A stretch of 63,892 nucleotides of DNA, filler included, from Reclinomonas americana ATCC 50394 (Eukaryota): NCBI GenBank assembly GCA_048213135.1. It is 6 parts of 2 records of this genome, joined end to end, with 100 filler letters (N's around TTAATTAATTAA, not from the genome) between each part and the next. Parts side by side here need not be neighbours in the genome. Positions count along the whole stretch, not along the records: positions 11,463 to 38,151 come from PS015108.1; positions 38,252 to 44,919 come from PS015108.1; positions 45,020 to 50,411 come from PS015108.1; positions 50,512 to 61,995 come from PS015108.1; 2 more parts are not named here. One strand, 5' to 3'. A model generated the notes under the pieces. That model did no database searches. It was not told the DNA's origin and saw only the letters and a program-made list of their open reading frames with translations. This document shows, one piece after another, positions 38,117-50,859 of the stretch; positions within the stretch are counted from its first letter, which is position 1; each line of letters begins with the position of its first letter. Both the position numbers and the translations under genes were made by a program.

Positions 38117-38151
<35 letters not shown>

Positions 38152-38776
38152 NNNNNNNNNNNNNNNNNNNNNNNNNNNNNNNNNNNNNNNNNNNNTTAAT
38201 TAATTAANNNNNNNNNNNNNNNNNNNNNNNNNNNNNNNNNNNNNNNNNNNNAGAGAGAGAGAGAGAGATAGGGAAGGAGAAGGATACGCACACATGCAGA
38301 GATAGAGAGAGAGAGAGAGAGTGTGTGTGTGTGTAAGGGGGAGTGCGTGAAAGGGCAATCACATGCTATCTCATTCTCTGTCTCTCTCTGTCTCTCTCAG
38401 TCTCTCACACTCTCTCATTCTCGACGTCTTGCTCTCTATGGTGCATTATGACACTTGAAGCGCTCGACTCTCTCTCTCTCTCTCTCTCCCCTTATCAATG
38501 CCTTTCTCCATGTTCTGTTGCATTCTGTCTTTTGAAACTCTTGACGCCGTCGTGATCGCTCTCTTTCCCTCTCCCCTTTCGATGCCTTGCTCCTCCCCTC
38601 GCTCTCTCTGTCTCTCCCTATCTCTCACTCACTCTCTCTTTCTCCAATACTCCCTCGATGTGCAGCAGCAATGCTCCCTCTGCCCTCTCTTCCTCTCCCC
38701 CCATCACTCTCCTTCATTCTGCCCCTTTCCTCTCCCTCTCCTTCTCCCCCTCCTCATCACCTCTCGTGACATCCAG

Positions 38777-41700
38777 GCGGCGCACGCTTCCTGGCCTCAT
38801 CCTCCCGCGACCGGCTGATCAAGATCTGGGATCTCCTGCCGCTGTTGGGATTCGATGCACCATCGTCGTCGTCGTCCGTGTCAGTGGTGGAGAAAGCAGG
38901 AGCGGAGTCGCCAGTGACGCAAGAGGAGGAGTGCGTATCGCCGAGTGCTGCGGCTGCTGCTGCGGCTGCCGCTGCGGCGAGCGTCGGCAGTGCGACGGAT
39001 GGGACGCCGATTCAGTGCGTGCAGACGCTGAAGGGCCATCGCGACTCGGTGCTGTCGCTGGCGTGGAATCCGGATGGGGTGCGACTGATCTCCGGTAGTG
39101 ATGATAGGACGATTCGGGTGAGGCGCGGGGGAGGGGGAAGGAAGGGGGAAAGGGAGAAAGGGCAGAGGAAGGACGGGAGGGAGAGACATAGGATGATGAA
39201 GGCAGGGAAAGAGCGAGAGAAAAAAGGGAGAGAGAGAGAGAGAGTGACAAAATTAGGCAGCGCGAAAACTAGACTGGTTGGACGGGAGAATGCACTCGCA
39301 GATATAAAGCGGGACAGGCAGGCAAGCAAACTTGCACAGTGACAATCCATTGTCTCTGTTCTCCCCTGCTTTTGCTCTGTATTGACTCTGTTCTGCTTTG
39401 CTCTTCTCTGCCCTGCTACCTGTTCAACGTTCTTGCTGCGAGCTGCTCTGCACTCTTCTCTCTCTCGCGCGCGCGTTGCTTCTTTGCTCTCCTCTGTTCT
39501 ACAAGGTAGTGCAAAGGGGAAATGCAGAGTAACAGTTAGTCACGCAGACAGAAATGCAGAGAGGTTGCAAAACTGAATGGCGGGCACGCATGCCCTTTCT
39601 TGTCTGACTCTGTCTCCCTCCCTCTCTCCCTGTCCCTCCCTCCCTCCTCACCAGATCTGGGACACCATCACCGGCGAGTGCCTGTACACACTGGAGGGCC
39701 ACGAGGACATGGTGTGGGGCGTGGCATGCTCGCCCGTCGACTCCAGTTGCGCTCACTCCTTTCACCCTTCATTCTCACCGCTCGCACCTTACCCTTCACG
39801 GCAGACCTGCTGGCCTCGGCATCCTTCGACAAGACGGTGCGACTGTGGACATTCGATGGTCGTCTCCTGTCGACCCTGCGCGGCCACGGTGCGTGCGTTC
39901 GACGCATTCGCTTCTCGCCAGATGGCTCCTCGCTGGCGTCGGCGGCCAACGACAACTTTGCGCGCATCTGGGACGTCCGCGATCCGTCGGATCCCCAGTG
40001 CAAGTTGGTGCTCAGCGGACATGCGGCCGCCTGCTTTTCCGTGTCGTGGCATCCGTCGGGCAAGTTGCGTGTACCCCCACTGAGATCGCGCGCGTGTGTA
40101 TGTTTGCTGGGTTTGGTGACAGTGGCGCAGAATGTTGTTGACCTCGAGCGACGACGAAACACTGCGCGTATTCGACACGGAGAGCGGCGAGTGCTTGAAG
40201 ATCCTGCGTGGCCACGAGCACGCCGCGCGCGACTCGTCGTTTACACCGTGTGGGCGATTCATCTTGTCGGTGTCGTGGGACAAGACGGCGAGAATTTGGG
40301 ATGCGGAGACGAGCGCATGTCTGGTGGTGCTGCAGCCGCACTCGAACCACTTGTTTGCGTCGAATTGGAGCGAGGAGGGCACCGGGCGCACGGTGCGTGT
40401 AAGTGATACAAGGTGGTGCTTTATCTGGTTGAAGCTGACCCTTTTGTGATTTCGCAGCCTCGTTTCTTTGCGACGGGTTCATGGTGCGTTGTCAGAGAGG
40501 AAGGGAAATGGGAAAGGGACAGGGGAGAGAGTGAGTGTGCCAAGCTCGTATCCATGATGGTGATGAGCATGCGTGTGAGAGAGAGAGGGAAATGGGAAAG
40601 GGACTGAGTGTGCGAGGGAAATGGGAAAGGGACAGGGAAGAGAGCGACCGTGTTTCGCACAGTATTAGTCGTTGACATCCTTCACGTCGCAGGGATCACA
40701 CGGTTCGAGTCATTGCCTTTGATCCGGAATCAGGCAAGTCTCTTTATGTGCACATCTCCCTGCACCTTTATCTCTCACCTCCCTCGCGCAGCTCGGAACG
40801 CACCGGTGGTCATCACCTCGCACGAGATCCCTCCGTTGGAGCAGGTGCCGGGCACGGAGAAATCCGGCCTCAACCTGGTGCTCCGCTGGCAGCGAGGCAG
40901 TCTGACGCCGTCGGCTGCGGTCCGATTGGTGCATCAGTCTCCCGGGGACAGGCCTCCGGAGGGTGAGCTCGCTGTCCATGCTCTCTTTCTTCAATCCTCC
41001 CTCACACTCAGTCATGCACAGTCATTGAAAGACCCACGTTCGTGTCGGCTGGCAATGACACTTTCGGATGTGTGTTTGGCGACCTCTTGCCTGGGGTGCA
41101 CAGGTATATTGCCGAGCATTGTACTTTCCTTGGTCTCCTCTCCCCCTTCTGTTGCTGTCTGTTGTGCTGACTTCATCGCCGCCACAGATTCCGCCTCGAA
41201 GCGCGCCTGTTTACGGCTGGCAGTTCGTGGGTGGAGGGTCCGTGGAGCGAGTTCGAATGTGCTCCTCGTTTCGTTGGCATCATCTGCACCCTTTTGATCA
41301 ATATAATCTCATCTTGTATCACCAGAACCACTTGGAGTGCGTGTCGAGGCGCTGACGCCGTACGACTGCAACGTGCAGTGGCCAAAAGCCGTGTTCGAAA
41401 AGGTGCAGAATGCGGCGCCGTGGGTCACCGCGGTGCCGTCGCCGGCGGCATCGCTGCCGTTGCCCACGTCGCGGCTGGATTTGCGAGTGCGGAATGATGA
41501 TGATGATGGGGGGGAGGTGGGTGGAAAAAGGAAAGGGGGACGGGAGGGGGGAGGGGGGAAAACAGAGATCACAGTTGCGTCGTTTCAGTGGACGCAGCTC
41601 GTTTTCGCTTGCCTTCTCTCTCCGTGTGCGTTTCTGTGTGATTTGGAACGGGTGTCAAGGACGCCGTTTCGGTTGACTCGCCTTGCCTGTCTGCTTTCTT

Positions 41701-42634
41701 TCTTCTTGTTAGAATGCGGCTCATGTGCATGTCGACGACTCCTCTTCCATCATCTCTCTGCCTCCTGTGTTTGCACTGTGTGAGTTGCAGAGATGTCCAT
41801 TCAGACCTGCACTCTCTTCTCTCTTCTGTCTGTACTCATGGCCGTGTGCACAGACGGACGTTGTGCGTCACGTGGCCGGCGTCGACTGCCTACTGGGCGA
41901 AATGGTGATTCCGGGCTTGCTGCCGGCGCGTCGATACATGTTGGAGGTCCGTCTGGCGGGTGGCCGTGGTGCGCCCGAATCTGTGCCCTTCCGCATGCCT
42001 GGACTGGGAAATGCTTGTTTCGTTGTCGCCTGCGTTCTCTCCGTTTCCCTCTCTCCGTCACTGACTCTGGCGTGCACAGCACGACGGTCGGCGGCACCTC
42101 GTGCATCGGTTTGTTCTGTTGGCGATCTTGCTTGTTTGGTGGGAGAGGCTGACACCTTGATATTGCGCAGTCGTCCACCATTTCAGCGCGGAGCTCTGTC
42201 GACGACCTGCTGAAGGCTGTCGCCACCGAGGCGCTGTGGCCGGAGCCGGTGGTGGCAGACATGAGCAGGCGCTTCTCTGATGCCGTTTCGTTGCTCTCAC
42301 GCAGCAGCTTGTCGGAGGGAATGCTCATTGCCTTCATCTTCCGCGCAGTTCATGTTCACGGTGGGGTCGATGTTGGAGCACTGGAGGCAGGTGACGGAGG
42401 AGATGAATATTGCGCCGCCTGTCATCTCCGCGCTGCGCAAGTGTATTGAGGCGAATATGAGCACGGCAGGTGAGGGAAAAGGGGGAAGGGGAAGGCAGGA
42501 AGGGGAAGGCAGGAAGAGAGAAAGGGAAGGAGAGTGGGAGGGGAAAGGGGAGGGAGAGGGTAGGAAGAGAGAGAGAGATTGGAAGAGATCGCTGTCGAAT
42601 AGAGCATCAATCAAACATGGAGATTACAAGAGCG

Positions 42635-42675
<41 letters not shown>

Positions 42676-44667
42676 AGAAGAGAGAGAGGGAGCTCGAGGA
42701 AGTATCTCCGGTTTGTGAGATCACCATGTTCTCACCCTGTTTGCTGCAGATTTGAGTGGTTTCCCCATGTTTGGCGTTGGCATTGCGCTCGCTGTATCGG
42801 CCAACGCGTCATTCAATTCCACAGGCCCAGGTGAGCGTTTCTTCCTCTTCTTTGTCTTCCATGGCATGCACGCTGAACCCTTCTTGCTTCCACTTTGCAG
42901 GCTCTATGACTCTGGGCCTGAGCAATGGCTCGACTGGCGAACTGTCGTCGCCGTCGGTGCGTGTGAGTCCGATGGATCGTCAGTTTGAGTACGAGCGTGT
43001 TGTGCAGGACATGATTGATTCGTGTTCCGACGACACTGGTGAGCCGCTGGATTACTCGATGAGCGGTGAGTGTGGGTGACACAAAGAGAAGGAGGGGGAG
43101 GATTGGAAAGGAAAGAGATTCGTGCCTCGACCCTTCCTCTGTCAGGTTCCCTCAGGATAGCTGGAGCTCGTGAAGAGACATGCTCCTCGTGAAAGCAGGC
43201 AGCTCTCCTATTCTGATCCTGTTTCTTCGCCATCTTCCTTTGAAGCAATTACTTAATGCACTGTCTTGCCTCGCAGAACATCTGCTGGGTCGCGGTAGCT
43301 TTGGCGAAGTGTATCTGGGCATGCTTACTTCGGGACCGGTAAGGACAATGTCCGTGAGCTTGTTGTTCCATTCATGAGGTTCTCATGTGTTATTGCTGCA
43401 GCTGCGTGGCACGCAAGTGGCCATCAAGAGAATTCCAGTGGTGCTTAATCAGCAGAGTGTGCAGCAGGTGAGTTTGCTTCATCTTCTCCCTCTGATTGCC
43501 CTTTCACGCATACCCTCTCACATGCTCTCTTTCTCTCTCTCTCTCTGCGTGTGTGTGTGTGTGAATGTCTGTGTGTGCGTGCGTGTGTGTATATCCTTCT
43601 CTTCCCATCTCTCTCTCTCTCTATCTCTCTCTTCTCTCTCTCCGCCTCACTCACCATCTCTCGAACTCAGGTGGCCGAGATTGTCAACGAGATTCAGGTA
43701 TCTTCATGTCTGCTGAGTCGCGCCTCCTCGGACTGTACTAATCTCACCGTTTGGCAGCTTCTTCGTGCCTTGCGCCATCCAAATCTTGTCGGTTTGGTCG
43801 GCGCCAAGTATCACCAGAATGCGGTTCACATTGGTGAGTCAGTCCATCACCGACTCAGCTTCTCGTTCGTGAGCTTACTTTATTTCTATCCCCAAATTCC
43901 CGTCCCCCTTTCCCTCTGTTCCTCCTTTGCGTCTCTGTTCAGTTATGGAGTATTGTGCCGGTGGTTCGCTGGCCGACCAGCTCGACAGATTCAAGGTGCT
44001 GCGAGCTGACGTGTTGCGCGAGTATCTCGGGCAGATTTTGCGTGGATTGGTGCGTGCGAGCGTTATGTATCTTCTGCCGTGCGCAATCTCACATCTCCTT
44101 CGCAGGCCTATTTGCATTCTCAGTTCATGTGCGTCGCCGAGTGCCAATGCGTGCTTTTGATTCGTTGCTAACTCCTGTCGCTGATTCACAGTGCCCATCG
44201 AGACATCAAGCCGCACAACTTGCTGGTGTGTTCATCGATGCTTTGCCTTGAATGTTGCGTGGTTGCTGACTGCGCCGCAGGTGGCAACGTCGACGCGCGG
44301 CGATGTGGTGAAACTCTCTGATTTTGGTTGCGCCAAGTTGATGGATGCGGAGACGGAGACAGCCACGGAGAACAAGGGGACGCCGTGCTACTGCGGTGCG
44401 TAAGAGCGGTTCTGTTCAAGGTGGGTGATAAGAAGCCCACGTTTGTTTGTGCATCGCAACAGCTCCCGAGGTGGTGTGTCCGCGGCCGTCGGACAGCGCG
44501 CATTTGGATGTGCATGTGCGGTATGGATTGAAGGTATGTGAGGAAAGGAGACGAGAGTTAGTGAGTAGTGGCGTCTCACTCGCGTGATGCAGGCCGACGT
44601 GTGGAGCATTGGGTGTGTGGCTTTGCAGCTGAGCACGGGAGCTCGGCCGTTCGCGAAGCTCAACAAG
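38777..44667 (+). CDS. WD40-repeat + FN3-like + helical (SAM-like?) + MAP3K/STE11-type Ser/Thr kinase, partial at both ends
   Basis: Several GH...WD repeats (38777-40400); [13 protein letters not shown]3-like strand; kinase motifs [43 protein letters not shown]. That all parts form one gene is inferred from co-linear exons. Confidence 0.7.
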
Positions 44668-45065
44668 GTTTGGTGACGTTGACTCACTCTCTAATCTCAC
44701 ATCCGGCTGACTTGTTCTCCGCTGCCAAAGTGGCAAGTTGTCGGGGCGCTGATGTCGGGACAAGTTGCGATTGAGACTTCCTCGAACATTCTCGCTCAGT
44801 GTCTCTGCATGTTGCTTTCTGTCTCATTGTTGTTGGGTGCCACCGCGACGTGTGCATGTGTGGCTGTCTCCTGTTCTCTTTCTCCTTGATATTGTTTGCC
44901 AACGGTCTCTCTCTCTCTCNNNNNNNNNNNNNNNNNNNNNNNNNNNNNNNNNNNNNNNNNNNNTTAATTAATTAANNNNNNNNNNNNNNNNNNNNNNNNN
45001 NNNNNNNNNNNNNNNNNNNAGAGAGAGAGAGAGAGAGAGAGAGAGACGTAGTACGAGTAGACGAC

Positions 45066-45143
<78 letters not shown>

Positions 45144-46757
45144 GTGGAGAAAGCTACAGAAACAAGACGATTTGAGAGGGCAGAACGAAGGTAGAAAAGA
45201 CTACCTCTTCCAGAAACCAAGTGTGTGTGAGAGAGAGAGAGAAAGAAAGAGCGATGACGAAGGAAGCAAAAAAGAGAGAAAATGATTTACAGGAGTTTCT
45301 CACGTTGCAAACGTGCTGCTGGCAGTGACCGACGGCTCACCCGCATCTACGAATTCCCAGGTAAGCGATAGAAAGTGTGTGTCTAGGGAGCACATGCTCA
45401 CTCTTCCCCCTCCTCTCCATCTCGCAGTTCCATCGAGCTGGAACGACGTGGCTCAGATTCTGGGCGACACGAAGGTCGGTTGAGTGCCTTCTCTTCTTTG
45501 TGTGTTGCAGTGGTGTGACGTGACGTGTGCGTGCAGGATGCTCCGTATCCGATCTATCGCACTCCGGGAGGTGTCGACGGTGCGTGACTTTTTCGCTGTA
45601 GTCGGTGTCTATATTCGTCTCCTCATGACCCGCGTCTCTCTCGTGCAGATGTCACCACCGTGGCAGGTATGAATCGTGGTGCCCTTTCTTTCACATCATC
45701 TCCTGATGCCTCACCCATTGCTGCAGTGGCGCACTACGACCTCATGCGTCGGACGCTGGATATTTACCACTCGAATCCCAAGTTGGCGACGGCACCGATT
45801 TACCACTTTGACTTGCCGTGAGGTGCAGTGAATTATGGTGCTGCGCTGTGGTGTGTGGTTTGTGGCGTAAACGGACATTGCACAAAGGAAGGCTGTCCCA
45901 GATGTACACGCGGGCGTCAGGTGTATGGTTCTTTGTGAGATTGCAGTTCGTGCCGATGCTGCTTGTTTCTCGGAGCATATTAAGTTCCTGCGTCTGTGTT
46001 GCTTTCGTATTGGTTGGCAGTCCACACACACGACGTGGCGTTTATCAGAGCACCTTCTCACTCATCTGCAACCACTCTGCCATCCTTCAACATCTCCAAC
46101 ACCTCTGGCTTGAGCGCCAGGTAGGCCAACACGGCGGCGTACATGGAACGAGCATACGTATACACACTGGACGAATAAGTGCATCTCTTCTTTCTCACGC
46201 CACTGTTGAGCACTCGGAAGTATTCACCACCGCTTGCATGTCCGTCCAGGTCGGGCACGTGGGCGTTCCCATCTCGCCTCCCTCTCTGAGAACGACCTGA
46301 GAACTTTGTCCTCTCCGGTCCCACCAGTCTACACAACACTTAACTAGCTTGCGCCAATGATGGGCGGTGGTTGGTGTGCTCTTGTGCGTCACCGCCACCT
46401 CTCTCTTTCTCTTGTGAAGAAGAGCTATTTCTCCACATCAGCAGGAGGTGTGCAGAAAGTTGTCCCGCTTGTTTGTCTTGCTTTATACTTTTTCACTTCT
46501 TTCTTTCTCTCTCGCTCCCTTCATAGCGCTTCCGGAGCAACAGTTGCACAGTAAATTCTCTGGTGAGCGTGTATGGTGACACTGGTGAACACTCACGCAC
46601 ACACACTCACACACACACGGAGAGGTGATAGCATGAGGAGAGTGGTGACGCTGTTGTTCACACGCTGACCTGTCCCTCTCCCTGCTCCTCCTGCTCATTC
46701 TGCGTGTCTTTATGGTCATCCTCCTCCCTCTTCTCCTCTCTCTGTGTGCGCACACAG

Positions 46758-49616
46758 AATGGTTGACGCAGTATCGCACGGAGCACGATACTGCCGCACT
46801 CGCGCTTGACGCCGTCACTGCTGATGTGCTCATCTGGGCGGGCCGAGGAGGAAGTGTGCCCATCGCCGAGCTGGCCGCCGGAGCGCCAATGGCCAACAAG
46901 AGTATCGGGATGGCTCAGGGCAGTGCTGTCACTCTCACACTGCCCACTGTCGTGTCGTACCCGACGCTGCTCGACTGGCGTCTGTTCGCTGGCGATCGCG
47001 GCGACCCGCTTGCTACATCGGCTGCCGCGACAGCGGTGCTTGAGAACGCACGTGATGGGCGAATGGCCTCGCTCATCACTGTGAGCGGCGCCGGCAAGAC
47101 CAAGTGTATGTTTGACGTGCTGCGCCGCCGCTACGGTGTGTTTCTGGACATGAGCGGTGGGTGGCTGGGCAAGCCAGACGGCGGGGTTCAGCTGACGCTC
47201 TCGGCGATGCGTAAACTGGGCGGCGAGATTGCCGACAGTGATCGTCTGGGAGATGCGTGCGTGGACGAATTCGCGCTCCTTCTTTCGGCTCGTCTGGCCA
47301 CGATGCTGGTGCTACATGGCGCCAGTCTGCTGAAATCACCCGAGCACTGGCTCCTGCTGCAGTTGCATGGAACCGTGGTGGACGAAGGCTTCACGGGCGA
47401 GTTGGTTGTCGCACTGCGCTCGCTTGATGGACTTGTGCCGTCTGATCTGTGCTCGGCACTGTGCCAACTGACGCGTGCAACGCTGACTGCCAACGAATAT
47501 CCCATTATTGCTGTCGATGAGGCTGGCGCCCTTCTTCGCGTGCTGGAGAATCGCTTCTTGGACAAGTACGTTGTGTTTCTATTATAGCACCTCTTCATTG
47601 TTCGCTTGCTCCCTTCACTTTCTCACCATTCTCCCTCAACGCACAGCGCGTAAGTAACCGCAGTGCGTTTAGCGTCGTGACGCGCTACCTGCTCGGCCTC
47701 AACGACGCTGGCAGCGTTATGGCTGGCACCACCTTGTCGCTGCGTGATGCCGCTCCGTTCGAATCGGCCACGGCGGGCAAACCGGATCGCCTGCATCAAC
47801 TCGGCCATCTGGTGCGCCCGTGGCTCACCGATGACATCAAGACGGTGCTCCAGCGGTGCGGTATCACCGACTGCACCGGTGCCGATGCCGCGTCGATGCA
47901 AGGTGAGCAAGGGATTGTGCGATTTTCTCTCATTGTTGTTGTGTTCTTTCTCCCCCTCTTACATTCTCGCAGGCCGCGCGCGCCTCACGATGCGCTACCT
48001 GCAACTCCGGTGGGATGGCAAGTCGTCTGCGGGTGCAGTTCGGGAGGTCATCACGGAGGATACCGAGACCGGGATCCCGGGCAGCCTAGCGAACCAGCTC
48101 GTCTCTGCGTCACGCTTGCCTGACTATACATTGCTGGTGCAGGTAATGCGTTCTTCTCGTCCCCGCTGCTCGTCTTTTTTTTTGTCTCATACCCTTTATA
48201 TCCTCGCATGCGTGCAGCTCGCTCGCAAACTCTACGAGGCCGAGTACTTTGCTTTTGGTGCCGTTCTCCACGAATACCCTGTGCCGTCGGAGTTCATTGA
48301 TGCCGTTGAGCGTGGTCTCTGCTTTGTGCTGTCACGCGAGGGTACCAGGCTGGTGTCGGTGGCCAACTCGCCGTTGGCTTGTCCGCGCAGTCAGTGGAAT
48401 GGCAGCGTGTTGTACTCCTGCGAGGTGCGGCAGAATTCGTGGGCATTGTATCTGTCGTTTTCGACTTCTGATGCGCTTCTCTTTGGCTGACTACTCAGCC
48501 GCTTGTGATGGACGTCGTCCGTCGTGCGCTGCGAAACGCTGCCGCCACGGTGGTGGCCAGTCTCCAGCAGCGCGCACAATCGCAAACTGGTTTCGAGCTG
48601 GAGCGGTTTGTAGCCGTGTGTCTGTGCGAGAGTGACAAGCATCCAGATACAAGCGGCATCACAGCTGCTCTCGCGCGCAGCTTCTTGCAGCCGTTGCGTG
48701 CCGTGTTTCACATTCGTATTTCTCTCTCGGAGCAGCAGAGAGCCTCATTTGTCTTTCTTCCCTACGCCGTTAGGTCTGCTGACGATGCCACTTGCGACAA
48801 CGAGGAGTCATCATCGCCGACGAAGATGATGTACAGCATCCTGTCGAGTCCGATGATGAAGTTGCGTCGACCTGTAATCTGGGATTTGCGCGAGTCGGCA
48901 CGGCTCGTCCGTGGAGTGGCGGTGGCGCATGCAGTGCTGGACGACGTGTATGGCGTGGGCCGTGGCGACCGGGATGCCATTCCGCCGGCCACTGGCGCCA
49001 CTCCCGTTGCCTTTGTGCAGCGCTGCTTGGAATTGGCGCGAGTGCAGGAGAATGACGGAGGTGAGACATCGGAGCGCGTATGGCAGCGCAAGCCGTTTGC
49101 TGCTCTCCTCCCGATGCAACCAAGTGGCCCCGACATCGCCGCCTGTGTGCCGCTGGCCTCCGATCCCACCAAGTTTGTGTTGCTACTCGTGGCCTTCAAG
49201 ACCAGCAGCGGTGAATCAGTGAGCAAGAAGAACGCTGTCGTGAACGTGCAGACCACGGATCCGCGACACAACGACGTAGCAAAGCAACTCGTCCAGGCTT
49301 TGAAGTCGGAGGGTGCACTTGCGGCGCTGGTGCGGATGCATTTTGCGTTACCAGAGGTGAAGGTGGCCGTGGGCAAGAAGACGGCGGTGAGGCGGACGGG
49401 AAGAGGAGGGTGGAGGAGTAAGCGCTTCGTATTCACTCCACTTCCGTTGCGCAGGAAACGACCAGCTTGGCTCCTGGTGCATGGCCGGTGCGATGGGTGG
49501 AGGAGGGCATAGTGGAGGGTACAGTGCCCGAACTCGTCGTCAACCTGGATCGAAGCAACGCGGACAAGCTGGGTATATTTACGTTGGGTGCGCTGCAACT
49601 GCTGCGCACACTGTAG
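46758..49616 (+). CDS. Crinkler (CR)-type effector: P-loop NTPase + PD-(D/E)xK-like REase; short upstream exons at ~45293-45818 may encode the header
   Basis: Walker A VSGAGKT, RRRYGVFLD, LLSARL, HWLLLQ, Walker B IIAVDEA, AGTTLSL, GRAR; C-terminal GFELE, LPMQPSGPDI, LLVAFK, VVNLD; TAG at 49614-49616. Confidence 0.72.
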
Positions 49617-49718
49617 GAGAGGAACGCATGGTAGGCGGCGTTGAGAGTGACAGCCAGCGACGGATCGCACAGCAGCAGTGTACATCCACAGTTGCCGAAC
49701 ATCTGTGCATCCACTCTC

Positions 49719-50411
49719 AAGTGAAAGTGCAAGTGCGAGTACTGGAGAGAGCATGGGCACAGACAAGCCAAGAACGCGTACGAGTTGTTTTGGGCTTTGC
49801 ACACTCAACGTCGAGCAAGGGTTCATGCATTGACCAAAACGGTGTCCTGCTGCCATCACCTTCTTCTTTTGTTCCCTTTGCCTCCACCATGCGCCCTCGT
49901 ACTCCCCCTTTCCGCCTCCTCACCTGTGCCACCATGGCACTTGTCCTCCTCGTTGTGCTCACACACATGGCCATGGCCAGCACATCCCCCCTCGACATAC
50001 CCGACACCCTCTCCTCCCCTCGCAGCGGTTTCAAGTCTCTGCTGGTGACACTGGCGCGCGCACAAGGCACGGAATTCGAACGTCGCTCGGCGCACAGGCA
50101 GTCACAGTTGCCGCGCTCGTTGGGAAGTGAAAGTGCGAGTGCGAGTACTGGAGAGAGCATGGGCACAGAGAAGCCAAGAACGCGTACGAGTTGTTTTGGG
50201 CTTTGCACACTCAACGTCGAGCAAGGGTTCATGCATTGACCAAAACGGTGTCCTGCTGCGATCACCTTCTTTTGTTCCCTTTGCCTCCACCATGCGCCCT
50301 CACACTCCCCGTTTCCTCCTCCTCACCTGTGCCACCATGGCACTTGTCCTCCTCGTTGTGCTCACACACATGGCCATGGCCAGCACATCCCCCCTCGACA
50401 TACCCGACACC
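49719..50411 (+). repeat. Tandem duplication with a period of about 403-406 bp, containing a 116-aa ORF (49889-50239)
   Basis: 49719-50008 is nearly identical to 50125-50411, with several substitutions and a 3-nt indel. Confidence 0.85.
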
Positions 50412-50859
50412 NNNNNNNNNNNNNNNNNNNNNNNNNNNNNNNNNNNNNNNNNNNNTTAATTAATTAANNNNNNNNNNNNNNNNNNNNNNNNNNNNNNNNN
50501 NNNNNNNNNNNGGAGTATCATGTTGGCAGTGAGCGATAGCGCGTTGCGAAGGGTGCTGTCTCTCGCAGCGCATTCGTCAGCTGTCGCTTGCTGTCTCTCG
50601 CTCACTCTCATCGCCGCCTGTATGCTTGCCTCCTTCTCACTCTCCGCCTCTCTTTTGCTTTCTCAAAGCGCAATCGTCATCTCTCCTTACTCTCTTCTTC
50701 TCGCTCTCCCCCTCTCTTTTGCGTCCTTCGTGTTTCATCGCTGTCTCTCGAAGCGCAATCGTCATCTCTCCTTACCCCTGCTTCCTCTCTCTTCTCCTTC
50801 TCACTCTCCCTCTCCCCTCCCTCTCCCCTTCCCCGTTCCCCCTTCCCCCCTTCCCCCAG

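Noticed and set aside
47566-47663. GTTGTGT at 47570 as further proof of shifted donors
   Set aside because: Canonical GTACGT at 47566 with acceptors at 47654 or 47663 is also in frame, so the case is ambiguous.
50190-50239. SCFGL resemblance to natriuretic peptides
   Set aside because: A five-residue match with the wrong Cys spacing; coincidence.
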